NCBI GenBank assembly: GCA_040954595.2
Contig: CM082584.2
Location: forward strand, 6,715,919-6,779,918
Direction of reading: 5' to 3'
DNA length: 64,000 nucleotides
Source: Balanoglossus misakiensis
Lineage: Eukaryota > Animalia > Hemichordata
Part shown: positions 12,019 to 26,600 of the stretch, piece after piece
Numbering within the stretch: position 1 is the first letter of the stretch
Layout of the letters: each line of letters starts with the position of its first letter
The notes under the pieces: model-generated
Seen by the model: the letters and a program-made list of their open reading frames with translations, nothing else
What the model was told of the DNA's origin: nothing
Database searches by the model: none
Position numbers and translations under genes: made by a program

Positions 12019-12557
12019 CAACAGGGCGAAGAGCTACGGATGGGACTAGCATTTTTGAATGGCAAAGCCAGGCTCATTGCACACACCAATGAGCTGAGTG
12101 CTTACAATAGTAATGCATTTTTATACAAACACAGATTCAGAAACTAATGTGAGCAAAGCCAAAACGATGGCACTAATCCCATAACATCAACAATGATAAA
12201 TATGATGGGTGACATTGATGTATGACGTTACGAGGGTAATTTTCATAGCAGTACACGAAAACACAGCTCAGTACCGAAACTCCCCCAAAGCAATCAAACA
12301 CACGAAAGGTACAAAGACGAAAAATCGCCAACCGATTAATGGGCCGGTCTTACATCAAAGCTATCGAGTTGAAATAAGTGCCATGGTCATAAACTGAATA
12401 GCGCCCCCACATTGCGTGGTGAGAAGGAAATGTGCGAAGAAAATAAAAAAAATACAGTGCTCCATCCAGTATAGACATACCAAGGCCTATACTAGTATCC
12501 ACGATAACAACACTACACGTCCCCAGACTATTTATTCTCTTGGGACATTTTCCGTGT

Positions 12558-13413
12558 CATGGCATTTTGTCCGCCGAGATATTGCACTGGTGTAGTGCGA
12601 GTGAACTGCACCCGGGCCCAATGCACTGAGTGTCCAGACAGTGCGCCTGGCGTACTGACATTCACTCACCACACAAAAGATTACAAATTAGTCATTCTTC
12701 ATTTTGAAAGAAGGACTGCTTCCAGGTGTACATGTACATACTTCGGCCATTTTGTTTTGTAATCTCTGCGCTGGGCTCTCCGGCCTTTGGTTGGGGTTTT
12801 CATTTCTACCTTGCGCACGGTTTCGCCTGAAAGTTTCATTTTTTCGACGTACCAGCACGTTGCTGACGTACAATCAAAACTGCCTACTCGATAGAATTAT
12901 TTTAAATTTGCGTGTTACGAGAGAAAAATACAGAAAAATGTTACTTACAGTAGAGGATGTGCGCAATAGGGGCTGCAAGCCAGGCACCTTCGATTTCCGT
13001 CAAGTCACGTTCCATGGCCGACCGTTCATGTACAGTATCTTCAATAGGACTACCACAATCTTGGAAAATCCAGTCCATTGGCATAGTCATGACCTCCAAC
13101 TACACTTGGTTGTCGAGAATAGCTCTGGGTCGTTTCCTCACTGCTTTCAGCCATGATGTTTGTACGTCCAAGACTGAGTTGCGAATGAAGGAAGTGGCAC
13201 CTCACTGACCATCTGGCAAATAAACTGACTGGCAACTATCCAATCGAAATGGGCCATTCACCAGGGGCCTTTTGTGAAGCTTGTGATTGGTTGATGTGAT
13301 CGAGAAGTTGTTTAGCATACCCAGATAACAGATGCTGTTTTAATGTTACGTGTTGTAAGACGTATAATGTGCTCGGCCATCGTGTCGTTCAATATCGCAA
13401 ATTATCCTTTACT
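12558..13413. mobile_element. Interspersed repeat, copy A (unclassified, probable decayed transposon/gene fragment)
   Basis: Collinear, same-orientation similarity to 57208-58083. Both copies give a homologous 83-aa ORF in the track (12957-13208 and 57583-57834). Confidence 0.75.
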
Positions 13414-13564
13414 TATACTATAGACTGATTTTTTTTCATATTATGCTCAAGGCAAATAGGTTAAGTTCACCATCGCAATAATACTTCTGCTGACATTTCC
13501 TAATCACAACGCCTGGACCCTGCGGCGAGTTCCGTAGCCGCGTTTCCGATTACTGCCGCAACGT

Positions 13565-13675
13565 TTCTTAAAATCGAGAATAAAAATTATGGGTTACCGT
13601 GCAAAATTTTGAACGAGAGAGCAGAATTACCTCAAATTTGAAATTCAAAATGGCCGCCAATTTTTGTGTCAACTA
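13565..13675 (+). repeat. Short interspersed repeat family containing TTTGAAATTCAAAATGGCCGCC
   Basis: Homologous to 41146-41250 (+), 54146-54258 (-) and partially 3521-3580 (+): ttaaaat..gaataaaaa...ggg...gagagagcaaaattgtctcaaatttgaaattcaaaatggccgccaat. Confidence 0.7.
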
Positions 13676-16600
13676 GTACATTTGTAGATGTATATGGAGA
13701 AAATTTAAATGATTTTTAAGAATATAATAGACCGTGAACACCCTCTCTTCTTCTTTGTTTTCAAATAGAACCACACACATTTATATATCACAAAGACTCA
13801 ATTTGGAGGAATATCATATTTTTTTCTGAGAATCTGTCCTCAAGGCGTGTTCTACATGGCATGTTTATGACGTCAAACTATGAAACTGTCCCGGCGTCCC
13901 ATCGCGTCGTATCCCGATCGTTCGTTTTGGATGCATGTCCCCGTGACCCTGCAGGTACGCGGTATTGTATCAAGTGTTCACCTGTCTGTTTGTTGGAAAG
14001 ATTGTGGCAACAGCGGCTAGAGGGGCCGTATGCTTCTACAGAACAGAGATTCACCTTAGAGTAAACTGATATTTATGTCGAGTGGACAAGAAAAGCCTGG
14101 CACAAAAATATCAGCGCCAGATGCGGGATTAAGGTCTAGTGGTTCAAAGTTCTCAAAACTAAAACAGCTGAATCCGAAATCTGGTCATGTACAAATAACA
14201 TGTGTATCTACATATCTCGGATGCATGCGACATATATTTTTTTTCTGCATGTGCTTGTAAATCGTTTTTGTGTGTGGTGATTATTCACTTTGATGTGACA
14301 CTAACACCGATTCACGTTCTGGGGAAAATACGATAAATCTGCGTAAAATATAAATGAATGGAAACGATTTTACCTTGGTTCGCCTGTGGATTTGAGTGAT
14401 GCAGTATCTATTGCGTCATTGAATTATCAATTGCGTCATTGAATTATTCAAGAGGAACACCTGTTGATCGTCTTGCCGTTGGGGAAAGTACAAAGGATTT
14501 AGTATTTAGTGCATACTACATTTATGTGATCAATTATTGACTCCCAGTCTATATTAAACGAATCTAAATAAAAGTGTGACATCTTCGAGTCAGCCTGGAA
14601 AGTTGGGCAGTGTCACCCGTGGTTGAAGCGCCACAACTTATTGCGCACGCACACTTAGCACGCCTGCGCGCTTGATGATCCTCAAAATGACGTAGACTGC
14701 CGTTAGCACAAGTGACTTCCTTCCGGTTTCTCTTGGCGACCACACAATTGAAACTCTCGGAGAACTGAGAGAGAACGCTTCATATTTGGGGAAATATGAT
14801 CGGCTCGCGTCCCACGTTTATTTGTATATTTATAAATCACGCAAGGATCTGTGACTCCAGAAAATGTCAAGTACCGTTATAGTCCCTAGGCTTGTGACAC
14901 TTGATCAGAGGCGCAACCACGCCCTCGTCCTTGTGAGTCGAGAATCCTTGACGCATCTGTTTGTGGGTGAGAACTAAGACCCAAATACGTTACAGCTTGA
15001 CCTCTGGTTTTGGCACACGTTGTTTTTTGTCTGTGTTATCCAAGGTACACCTTCTCGAGCGATTGTGAGCATCGAGTATAAACAAGGATAAGAATCTCTC
15101 ATATGCAGCGCCACCGACGGTGGGCGATACGCATATCTGCTGAAGGTGCCATCTGACGACAAAGTCCGACTCTGCAGTTTTGAAGCAATTTAGAATAGTG
15201 ATCGCCGTTATGTGGTGCCGTCAAAATTCGAAGCAAGTCCCGCTACGATAATGGCTTTGCTCGCTGTACACCCAATGTAAACATTCAAATAATTCGTCTT
15301 TTATGTCGCAACTAAAGTGATTTTAGAGACCGTACCACCATGATGTATATGTGTACGTACCAGATTCATCTCATATATTGAACTATTTTTTAAACTCTGA
15401 GGTTTAATGCACGGTCTAATATCCACGTTATATCACCATAAATAATGCGTGTAGTTTTTTGCATTGATCCTACAGCAGCCAGGCAGGTTTTTTCTTAATT
15501 GAATACCTTAAGCAGATTTGCACGCAATATTGATAGCATGATGGATTGATGGGTTGAACCGTTAGTGTCCAATGCCTGAAGAATAAAGCTGTGAACAGAT
15601 TAGTCTATTTAATGTAAGAAGACAGCATTTTCCCCCTCAGGGAAGACTATCCGGCTTTGTGGCAACATGATGCTCGTTGTTTTGTTTATCGGGGGAAAAA
15701 ATATCAATCGTTATCTCGAACTGGAGAACGCGGTTATCAAAGACCGAGCCGCGGATGATAGAAGTGTTTGTGACTCGCTCAATTTCACTTATCGAAAATC
15801 AGTCAGCTATAACATCCATTCAGATAAACGGGTTTTATGCCCCCCCCCCCCCCCCAAGACCGACATCTTCAATGTACGGCAGCTAAAATGACAATTTCGG
15901 GAACACGTCATCCCTATCGGCAACATTTAACCCTTTTATCGAACAAGTAAATGAGGCCACGTATAAAACACACAAACCACTAACGCGAAGCCGAGAAGCA
16001 TTCAGTGCAAATACGATCAGCCGAACAAATACTTCAGATTGTGTGGGGAAAATTGACCTCGTCAAACACAAAACTTAGGCACCTTAAAAGTTATCTTGTT
16101 CCGTCTGTCATATCAATTTCATATTATTCGAAGAAATTTTACCGTTACAGTATCGCGTTTTCCTTTTTTCTGATTTTGTTTATTCTGTTGATTTCTGAAA
16201 GGTAACTATATTGAGAACTGTGTCTGTATCAACGCGTTGTTTGTTGTCTGCTAACTGAAAGACGATTTTCTATGAATGTAATTATATCATAGACAATAAA
16301 GGTTAATAATGACTTAATAAGACAATAAGTAATTTTATTGTTGTGAACATTATACCAACAGATTAATGTGCATGTATTATTGAAATTAAGGATAATCTAC
16401 ATAAACTGCCAACGCACCCATTAAAGAAACAGACGAAAAAAACGTTCAGCAATCTCACAAACCATTATCAAGAAACTAGAAAAGGAACGATAGATAAACA
16501 TCAACACAATAATAAGGGACGTTAGTAACGTACGCACACCGTGTATATAAATAATTAAAAAATAAACAAAAACAACAAAATAGCAAAACAATACAAAGAC

Positions 16601-18278
16601 AACAACAATAGTTAAAGTGCTCCCGACCCACAGTCACTGCTCTGTATCGGAAAATTCTTGTGGCAACATGTAGTACAGTAGCCTTTGTGCCACCGGTTTG
16701 ACCCGCAATCAAGATAGATCAATTCTCTGTGGAAATCAGGGAAAACACCACGTGTCTTTAGATGGTGAAATACAACGTGTGTTATAAACGTTCTGAAAAG
16801 GGCAAAGTCGGTGTCTACCTGTCAAGCGAAGTGCAAATTGTTTTTTTTTCAAAGAAGACGCCCAGCTGGGTTGCGAGTACAGGAGTTTCCCCACACCAAG
16901 AGAGGTCGTGCATAAATAATAGATTTCAACATCGAAGGTGACGCCGTCGTCTCTTTCTTCTGTAAACTGAATGTAAAAACAGAAGAAAAACAGATGAATC
17001 GACACTTCAAATCTCTCAAAACATTTGTAGTAGAAAAAACAAAACCATCGAATCATCGAATTATGATGGAGCCGACAGGCAAGCTAATTATACATGTGAT
17101 AACCTATTTCAAAAAGGTTAACAGTGCCCTGAAGTCGACTATGGAAATGTGTACACGGGGCCTGAGAGTTACCAGTGTACGAATGCCGTTTCTTAAAAAA
17201 TCAATTGAGTATAAAATTGTATAAAATTTAAAACGTTAGCTAAAATAGATACAAAACTAAACATGACATTGAAAACTGAACGAACCCACTCACTCAATTG
17301 CAACAACAAACGAATCAACACGCATCAGCGCAGATATGAATATCAAAAAATACAAACCCAGCGCTGAAAACTTAAAACTATTATCCATAAATTTACTCGA
17401 AGCAAAAAACTGCTGAAACACAACCACAGCACATAATAACATGTCACATGACATACTTATAAGCGTATAGTAACGATTGGCGTATATCATACATCATAAA
17501 AATGTCAAAATATCTTCCAGACGTCAGTATCACGTCAGTGAGACGGTATAAAATTTGCATGAAGAGGCTGTCAAGTGCGGTTTCAACATGTGGGGAGTAA
17601 TAAATCTCCATTTCGTATTTTCTTGTAAAATTAATCATCAGCTTATCACCGTCCCCACGTGTGTACTAAGTCTTTATAAATGTTTATATGAAAACACTAT
17701 CTGTATATTCTTGCAAGCCAAGCGTGTCCCAGTGCTCATTTGATAATGATGAATAACAAATGGCTAAAAGAATTGACTCTGTCCTCAATATGTTCAAAAC
17801 GTTAACTCTCTCTTTGTAAATATCTTGGCGTGTCAACGTGACACCGTCACGGCAAATTGGTTTATTTCTAACAAATTTAGAAAATGAGGTTCTAATTATA
17901 CATATTAGGCAACTTACAAAACGAATACTATATTTGTGGAGAAAGTGCTCAACGTGAAAACGCAAAATTTGGTGCAGTGTGGTGTTAATCATCTCCAATA
18001 GGCAAAATCCTGATCTTTCAAACAGTGTCAGGTAAGACAGTGTGTGTGGTATAAAAGAAAATGTTCGTCTTTTTTTAAATGTAGGCTCCTGTTGTCAAAC
18101 GATACGAGGTTTATAGGTTCAAGTTATCTACCCACCCCAAAGTAAAGCATAGCTTTTAAACTTGTTGATGAAAGAGGGCCTGTGTGGGGTGGTATATACG
18201 TGCTCGGTCTTCAATGAGAAATATCGTTTTGGAAACCAATAGCGCAATGTACATAACAATGAAGCGCCGCGCGCCATC

Positions 18279-19598
18279 TTACTTTATCCACACACCTGTG
18301 TTTGGCGACGGTTTTGATGTCTCCGCAAAACTTCTTGAGATGTAACTCCCCGTGAAGTCGTCGTATTTTTTCAGAGAACAGCACAGTATTCTCTTGTAGG
18401 CTTGGCGGAAGTCTCGGTTTTTGGCGTACAGCAGCGGGTTGATGGCCGAATTCGAGTAGCCGATGCACACGGTCACCGCCAGCGCTCTCCTGAAGTTCAC
18501 CTTGTCGTTGGTGTACAGCCCAGCCACGGCCAAGGTCAGGAAAAACGGAGTCCACATGACGAAGAACGCCATGATCACAAGCCCGATGGCTTTGATGGCC
18601 TTGATCTCCGACTTGCTCAGCTGTCTCATGCCGTTTGTTAGTTTGATTAACGGCCTCCTGCGTGTGCGCGCGTTCGCGATTGTTAGCGTGGCCAAACTGG
18701 TGCCACTTTGACTGTTGACCGGTTTCCTGGCAACCGTCCTCTCGCCTCCTTCTCTCTCTGCTCCTTCTGCGCTCGTCTTGTTACTCGCAGTGGCCGCTTC
18801 GCGCGCCGATTTCTGCGGCATCTCAATGTCTTCAACGTAAATCCCGCGTCCACCTCCCGCGCCGAAGCCACGCGCAGCAGAAGCAGCAGCAACAGATTCC
18901 TCCTCCCGCGAAGCCCCGGCCCCGCCGAGGTTTCGCGGTTCGATCTTCTTCAGCTGGTTCCTGATGGCGCGCAGAATGTGGAACCCGCAGTAGGTGATGA
19001 CGATCCCCGGGATGATGACGTAGAAGACGGCGGTGGAGATCACGAACTCCGTCTTGATGGGGTAGCACGTCGGCGGGTACACGTTGCGCCACGTGCCCCC
19101 GGACTCGTTCCAGCGAGTCAGGCACCCCACGCCGGAGAACGTAAACGCGACCACCCAGGTGGCGACCACGGCCAGGCGCGCCCGCGTCTTCGTCACCAGC
19201 TGGTGGTAGTGCAGCGGGTGTATCAGGTAGATGTACTTGTCCAAGCTGACCAGCATCACCCCGTACGCCGACGTGGAGGAGAGCCCGATGTTGAAGGTGA
19301 TGTTGACGCTGCACAGGAAGTCTCCGAAGTCCCAACCCCTGGACACCTGGGTCGCCACCAGGAACGGCAGCGGCCAGACGCCGCAGCAGAAGTCGGCGAT
19401 GGAGAGATTCAGGATGAAGATGTTCGACACGTTGTCTCGCAGTTTCCTCACGAAGAGGATGGAGCAGATGACGACCGTGTTGGTCAGCACAACGGCGCAC
19501 GTTATCACTATTTCGAACAGCAGGACGCTGACGTACTCCTCCGTGGACTGTTCGTATTTTCCGGCGGCCCCGTCTTCGGCCGTGTCGTTCCCCGCCAT
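18279..19598 (-). CDS. Orphan class A GPCR, aminergic-like scaffold (GPCR2), intronless CDS, 439 aa; close paralog of GPCR1
   Basis: ATG 19598 (MAGNDTA). LSIADF, CSVNITFNIG, SLDKY, VYPPTCYPIKTEF, SEIKAIK, MWTPFF, NSAINPLLY, NRDFRQAY. Confidence 0.95.
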   Translation of the reverse strand: MAGNDTAEDGAAGKYEQSTEEYVSVLLFEIVITCAVVLTNTVVICSILFVRKLRDNVSNIFILNLSIADFCCGVWPLPFLVATQVSRGWDFGDFLCSVNITFNIGLSSTSAYGVMLVSLDKYIYLIHPLHYHQLVTKTRARLAVVATWVVAFTFSGVGCLTRWNESGGTWRNVYPPTCYPIKTEFVISTAVFYVIIPGIVITYCGFHILRAIRNQLKKIEPRNLGGAGASREEESVAAASAARGFGAGGGRGIYVEDIEMPQKSAREAATASNKTSAEGAEREGGERTVARKPVNSQSGTSLATLTIANARTRRRPLIKLTNGMRQLSKSEIKAIKAIGLVIMAFFVMWTPFFLTLAVAGLYTNDKVNFRRALAVTVCIGYSNSAINPLLYAKNRDFRQAYKRILCCSLKKYDDFTGSYISRSFAETSKPSPNTGVWIK

Positions 19599-22500
19599 TC
19601 TGGAGCGTGTATACTATATACGTGCTTATCCGAATTCAGTCGCGAAATCGCCAGGTGTTTCTCGGTTGAACGCACTGGCTATAGCCTCGTTACCGCGCTT
19701 GTATCAACAAAAGTGAAACGACGTAAATTGCCCTGTGTGACTCCTCACGCTCATTGGTTCACTTGATTGGACCGTGTCATAAGCTTATAACTCGGGCGAA
19801 GTCTGAGCACAGTCCCTGTGATAGACGGACTGCGGTTCTGAGTCAGCTCTGGAATTGCAGTTGGCCTGTAATGAGCGAATTGTCCGCTGACAACTGGTCG
19901 ACAGGTTAAGCAAATTCAGCCACTTTAGATGTGGTACGATGCAGCTCGTCTTACCTTCATCCAACCGGCTGGAATGATCGGCAACCTGTAACGCATTCCG
20001 ACTCGATCGAGAAAGTAACTCTCTGCGCACGCCTCCTTCGCTCTTATGACAAGATCTGCTAAACGCCCCCAAGTTTCGTTTTCATAGCAACCATTGACTC
20101 CTGCATGAGTTCACGCACAACCGGATTAGCCGCCTTTGTCCAGAACACGCTAGGTTAATATCACGCTTCGGCTGGTGATGAATAATTAAACCCAGAGCAA
20201 TTGAAACACGATTGCCTGTAGCGCGCTTTTCTCTATCACCAACACCAAAATATTATGATTTGCGTTTCCACTCGCGTGATGACAGACAAGTATTTCTCCG
20301 AGCATACACGGTGAGGTTACAATGACGAGTCAGGCTGTAGTAAAACACGCGAAGGGCGTGACGTGGATGAAGTAGTCAAAAAACGCACATTTGTCAAATG
20401 CCAAGGCGCGCTATTAACAAAACACACTCCGATTTGCCGCGTTATTCGATGAAAGAGAAATCATGGAAAAACAGCGTGGGTATTCATTCACCCAAATTCC
20501 CCAATTATACACAGTCACAGCGCCCCTCGCGGGCTAGCTCGAAGAGTGAATAATTTATCGCTTGCCGCCGAGTTTCATCTCGGAAAAGTGGAAGGCTCCG
20601 CGAGGCCCATTGAATTTGACGGTATTCCGCGATGTCTCTTATTGTTAGTCGAGAGTCACCGAAGGCATGGGTTATAGTAATATAGATGATAGTAACGTTG
20701 CATTAAACGTTTTAAGTTTCACATAAATAAGTTATGTTGACGAAAAATTAAACAGAAGTTACAACCACTCTCTTAGTACCTCCATGTTACAACCAACAAC
20801 GAACATGTTCAGCTTACTATAACGTAAACATCACGACAGGTCAAGATCAAACCACAGAAAAATGTTATTGGACTCGCTTTATATATATACCGGCCATAAA
20901 AATGTATAATTGTTTACGAACGAATGGCTGTATAGAAATTTGAATTTGATATTAGATTTTATGAAATGCTATAAAGCTATTATTGTGTAGTTTGGGGTGC
21001 GTCTTCTCACGTGATTAGGTTGTAGTTCTACAACGAAAACACGATTGATACTCAATGTTTTGGTGGCCTGTGGTATTCCATATTGAAATGCAAAATGAGC
21101 CCCCCCCCCCCCAAGATTATATACGCGTAAGATACCACACAGCCACGATGAATAAAAACACTGCTGTTTGCAATGTTTTCACTAGTCTTGTACCTAAGCG
21201 AAGTCTAATGGCCTCTTCTGCTAAATCTGACATCAAGTGCCGCTGATCAAACAAACTACGAACGAAAGTATTTGATTAATCGTGCAGTTGAACTTAGCTG
21301 CGCAAGATATAACGCATCAACAGGCGGCAGTCTGTGTTAAGTATGGGTAAGCAATTCTGACAATTTTGGCGACACTAGTATGACCGACGTCGACTGAAGT
21401 CATTGCACTGTTATCATTAAACTCCGAGAGGGATACATTCCCTCGTTCTGCCGCCCCCCTTGCAGGGTACCTACTGATAAAAGACAAAAACTGGCGCGCC
21501 AAGTCGATCATTCAACACAGAAGGAATTCAGCGAACCTTTCCACCTCTACGTTTGTCAGTCCCGTCGATTTACTTGATCGAGGATTCGCGCCGTCGGCGT
21601 TATTCTTGTGATTTCCGACCCGACTCTGGCAATGTGCTCCCGATTGATTTCCTTTACCTTGAACTGGGGAATCTTTAGAAATGCTAGTGAAAAATACGAA
21701 CCGATATTATTTTCAATGTTAGATGTGCAAACATCTTTTCCGATTAGACCTAAAGTAAAAGAAGAAAGTACATGCATGTGTTGACCCTCGGCTGCTTTCG
21801 TCACACATCAAATGGTACATCTATATCGGAGGCTCGTCCAAGGATCCACCGTAGTTGTATTCATTCAGCGAATTACTCCGCAATATAAGGTGGCAGTATT
21901 TTTGAGGTTGTATCGATGACATCATTAATTTTAGTGACGTTTGTGAGGGACGTCTTAAACATTGACCAGTACACGCCAAACAGGCTTGAAACCAGTAACT
22001 TTCGCGGTTCATGCGAACAAGTATCACATTTGAGGACACTGACAGGTCTTGGGTTGGGAGGCAATTTCCCTGGTGACCAGAGTGAAGTAGAACCATTTAG
22101 AGAGTGATTTTGTTCTCATGATAAAGTTATTTTTAGGACTAGATGATTATTACCCAGAACGTTTTTTTACAATATTCATTACACCCTTTACACAAATTGT
22201 TTGGTAAAGATACCTAATGTCAATGGACCGATCGTTGTGAAATGTCAATCCAGAAATTTAAACAAATAATATTGCTTGTTTACGGGAGTATTAATACGAC
22301 TGGCGACTTTTAATAAGTTCCACAAGAGGGCATGGCGCGGTTAATGTTATGCGAAGGGCGAAGTTTAATTCCACGCTTTTTTATCCATTACTGAGCTGGG
22401 CTCGGAAGTCCTTTGCTGTTATCCATACCATTTGATATTACGACCCCATAGCAAGACGGTAATCACATCGTTATTGTAATAACTAACCACGGTAGTCTTA

Positions 22501-22982
22501 CGGACATCTTCAGTTGATACCGAAGCGCCCTGTCAGTCGTTCGATAATGACTTTAAAACGGTATGATTGTGATATTATTTATAGGCCGGGGATATGGATC
22601 ATACCGATGGGTCGTCATGGCGACCACATCGTGGGTATGATGAAGCATATGAGTCAGGCATGATTGACTTTGGAAGACGCCTCAATTATCGCCCTTACAC
22701 TAATTTGCTGTTAATGTACACATTCCCGACTGAGATGCACGAGATCTACATTTCAGGATAACGATAGTTTTCCGGGTCCCAAACTGACTGTGATGCCCTT
22801 CCAGAGGGTGATGGGCCCTACCCCGACACTGACTCGCACAGCAACCCGTCGACCAAAAAAAGATTGGACATAAACGTAACTAATACCACAGTAGTAATTC
22901 AAAAACGAACAGAGAATTGACCCCATAATAGTTATAAGTGGAATTATTTATGGAATAAACAATTACATGCGACTTGTTTGAT

Positions 22983-23064
22983 TGACTGACTGACTCACTC
23001 ACTCACTCACTCACTCACTCCCTCACTGACTGACTGACCCACTCACTCACTCCATCACTCACTC
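22983..23064. repeat. Compound tetranucleotide microsatellite (TGAC)n/(TCAC)n
   Basis: Directly visible. Confidence 0.9.
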
Positions 23065-23414
23065 AAACACACGCGCGATTAATAGTGAATGATATTACAG
23101 GACACTTGTCACATTTATTATTCAAGCCCGTCCACCGACGCCCATTCAACGCCCCTCGTCACCCTAGGATACCATCCATATCAATATTAATATTAATACT
23201 TTGCCTAGGTCAACAACCCCCAAGTAGAAAAAAATATCAAAACAGGAAACACGGATGTTTACAAGAACATGAATATTTGATGAATTTCGACGAACACTTA
23301 CAACTATAGTTGTCACGACCGACACCTCGCAGCGGTTAATATCATAATCACGTTTGCTTTCTGCTCTGTGAAGATTTTCGGAATGTGAGTCAACTGTGGT
23401 TTGTTGATTCTACT

Positions 23415-23695
23415 AACCTCGAATATTTTTCACTTTTATGACTGTAAAACATCGATTTTTGGTAGGAACCACGGCCACGTGTATAAAATCCTATTTAAGA
23501 ACCTTGATGATATCGGAGAGATTAATTACGATAATTGCTAATAAATAATGAGAAATTTTCATCGCATCGACTAAAAATAAGACTTTTAAAGCTAGAACCT
23601 CGAATATTTTTCACTTGTATGACTGTAAACGTAAGAACCACGATTTTTGTTAAGAACCACGGCCACGTGTATAAAATCCTATTTAAGAACCTTGA
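23415..23695 (+). repeat. Local direct duplication of ~95 bp (23415-23507 and 23596-23695)
   Basis: Both copies read aacctcgaatatttttcactt.tatgactgtaaa...cgattttt..ta.gaaccacggccacgtgtataaaatcctatttaagaaccttga. Confidence 0.85.
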
Positions 23696-26600
23696 AGTTG
23701 CTCTGAACAGCAGCGCGCATGCACTGTCATCACAAATTTGAATTAGCTATCTGCATGGTGAAGTCGCACGGTTGTCTTTATCCTGGATTGTAAATTATTT
23801 GTTGAGGGTGATTCTAACTGTCTAGGGTCTTCCTCTTGCCGCTGGACATACATGTAACATAAGCTGCGCTGCTTTTCATGTTGCTCGAGTATCCAAATGG
23901 AATTATGCTCAATATATGTGATTGTCATCTGTCAGATCATACGTTTCCCTCCAATTTTATTTTGTTCAACAAGGTGTCCATTTCGTTCCTTCTAGATACA
24001 CCAGTGTTAGTAATGAGGCTCCCGAAGGTCCCAACTTGGTTGTCAAGGGAAACGGTGGGCGCAAACAAAACGGATTGCATTACAAATTGATGGCGACCAA
24101 TCGGAGGCATGATTAATTGTATATATAAAAGTTACAATTTCCAGGGACTGTGCGATGTTGGATATTTCATGAGGAATTATTAAAATCCCTAGTAGATGTA
24201 TCGTCTGTGGTTTTGAAAAAGGAAATATTGGATTTGTTTAATTCTACGCGCCTCTTATACGAAATTAGAGTAGACAAGATCTTCCCAAGTGAGACTATTA
24301 TATCAGTTAGGCCATTTTCGCCAAACTATATTTTCGAAATATCAAATGTATGTCAAGGAGACTATTATAACATTGAATCACTCTATACTATGTTATAATA
24401 TGAAGAAAACAGCAATGAACATAAAATATTAACATTTTAATATTATGAATAAATGGATAATTAATGAATTCTGCCTCGGAGAAGGCATTATCTGGATGTA
24501 ACCGAACGACTCTGTAAGTTATGCACATAGAGAGTAGTAGAAGAAAAATGACACTTTCTCCTGTAGAGCCCAGTTTACACATACCCCTGAGTCAGAAAAT
24601 ACTACTAATCACATGTCTACTTTGAGCAATCAAACTTTCACTATGTACGCCCAATGAGTGGCCACAACTCTTGCTGTTCCATTCACTGTACATGGGGAAT
24701 ACTCAGTAATGTTATTAAGAGGGGTGCGCCCTCAAACGACATATATTTGCCAGTCTAAAAGGCGATGCGACTGATCACAATTTCCCAGTGTCATTGATAA
24801 AGAAGAATTCAAACACCATTAAAACCATACGTAAAAATAAGCGTGGAAACACCATGCACATATATGAGTTCGAGTTATAATAATGCCGTTTCCTTTCAAG
24901 TATATTTAAGTAATTTAACAAACATATGTAGAGTTTAGACACAGTCTATTAAGACATCAAATCAGGTCCAATAATCAATATCATTCAAGGTAACTCGATT
25001 ACCAGGTCCAAGGTCCAAGAAAAAATGACAATTTCAACAGGATCATCAATTTACACACTAATCGAGTTCACTGCTGGAATATGGTCGATGAAATCCAACG
25101 CTATCACTAATTTAATATATGATGTTCCATCCGCGGGTGTGCTGCATTATGGATACGCGCGGTGCCACAGTTGGACTGCCTACCTTCAAAAAAGGACATG
25201 ACGCCGCGGGAGAGCCAGCGTACGACTCGAGGAATAAATATTTTCCATCTTTGGAAGATAACTCAATGAAAGCCAATCGTCTCTGGGCCATCCATGGCCA
25301 CGGGTAATGGTTCTATGCTTCCAGCAAATTGCCTTATTATGAAGTGCAGCATTGTTTTTAACAGCATTATACTTTGGGATGAGAGATACGGACGACACGG
25401 ACGGGGGTCGCTGTTAGTGCATTTACGGTAGGAAGAAAGTTATACCCATGTCCGCTCGATCTGCGATAATTTGATTTGCCTTGTTTTGAGTGGTTTTGTA
25501 TCAATAAATACGGCAAATAAATCTAGTTTTTCTGTTAGAAAAATCCTGGTTGATCCCCTCCTGTAGGGTTTAATATTAAAACTGACATTGACCGAAGATT
25601 TTTCACGCGAAGTCGATTTTAATACAGGGTTGAACTTTTCAACTCTAAGCTTAACACTTAAGATTGGCGCATTACTCTCATCTCAATTAAACGCGTCACT
25701 GACATTCTAAGAAACCAATCATTGGACGACAGATGCGCCCACCCAAGGACAAAATTGAAGTAAACAACCTATTAAAAGAACACAATTATTAACATTTGAA
25801 ACAGTCTACACGGTTCATACTTGCCCTTTAGTGCATGTCGACATTTTATATACGGACACTGATGAAACTTGCATGATATATGAACCACAAATGAATAATG
25901 CACGAATTCATTAGATCTGGCGACAGCACAACATTGCGCATTTGTGATGGTGTTTGATCGACGATAATTAATGTAAGTAGAATCCTGTGTCTACTCGGAG
26001 ATCAGAAAATTAAACGTTCCTGATTAAGCTATCTCCGTTGTTCACCATACAATTAACATTTCCAAACAGGTTGAATTGCCCTACATTCTCCAGCTGCAAT
26101 GCACACAGCGTGGAGATATTTTTAAAATAAAGACAAGGATGGCTCTGGGATTCCCGGGTAAAGTTTACGCACTTTTCCCAATATACTGTGTCAACTCAAA
26201 TTATGGAGACTCTATTTTGACTCGTGTTTCGCCGTTTGAGGCGGAAATAACAGCGCCACAGAAAGAGATTGAACACCTGCACAAAAACGAAAGCTGCTTT
26301 AGAAGCATACAGTGGCGGCTTATGGTCACATAAGCTGAGCCAGTAATCTTCTAGACTCCGAAGCCGATGAAATAGGATTACCAATTGCTTGCCTAGTACA
26401 TTGGTTTGCTTCTATTGTGCAAATTACAGAGGTTGATTAATCTGGATAAGACAGAAATTCTCTGTGTGCTTATCCGGTATATATTAGCATCCAAAAATGC
26501 AATATATGAGATAAACAGGATCATGTGTTTCTCATATTTTGCACTCATACGAATAATTGCATTGAAACTCAGGCCTTTTATGATATTTAATTAGTATGGC

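Noticed and set aside
12957-13208. 83-aa + strand ORF preserved in both repeat copies (also 57583-57834)
   Set aside because: Many non-synonymous differences between copies and no splice or start context. More likely the antisense shadow of the decayed minus-strand frame.
18708-19766. 352-aa + strand ORF and similar long antisense/alternate-frame ORFs at 7182-7892, 10649-11251, 18832-19500, 51313-51957, 59760-60419 and 60723-62441
   Set aside because: Shadows of real CDSs with strong GC3/codon bias; no recognisable motifs.
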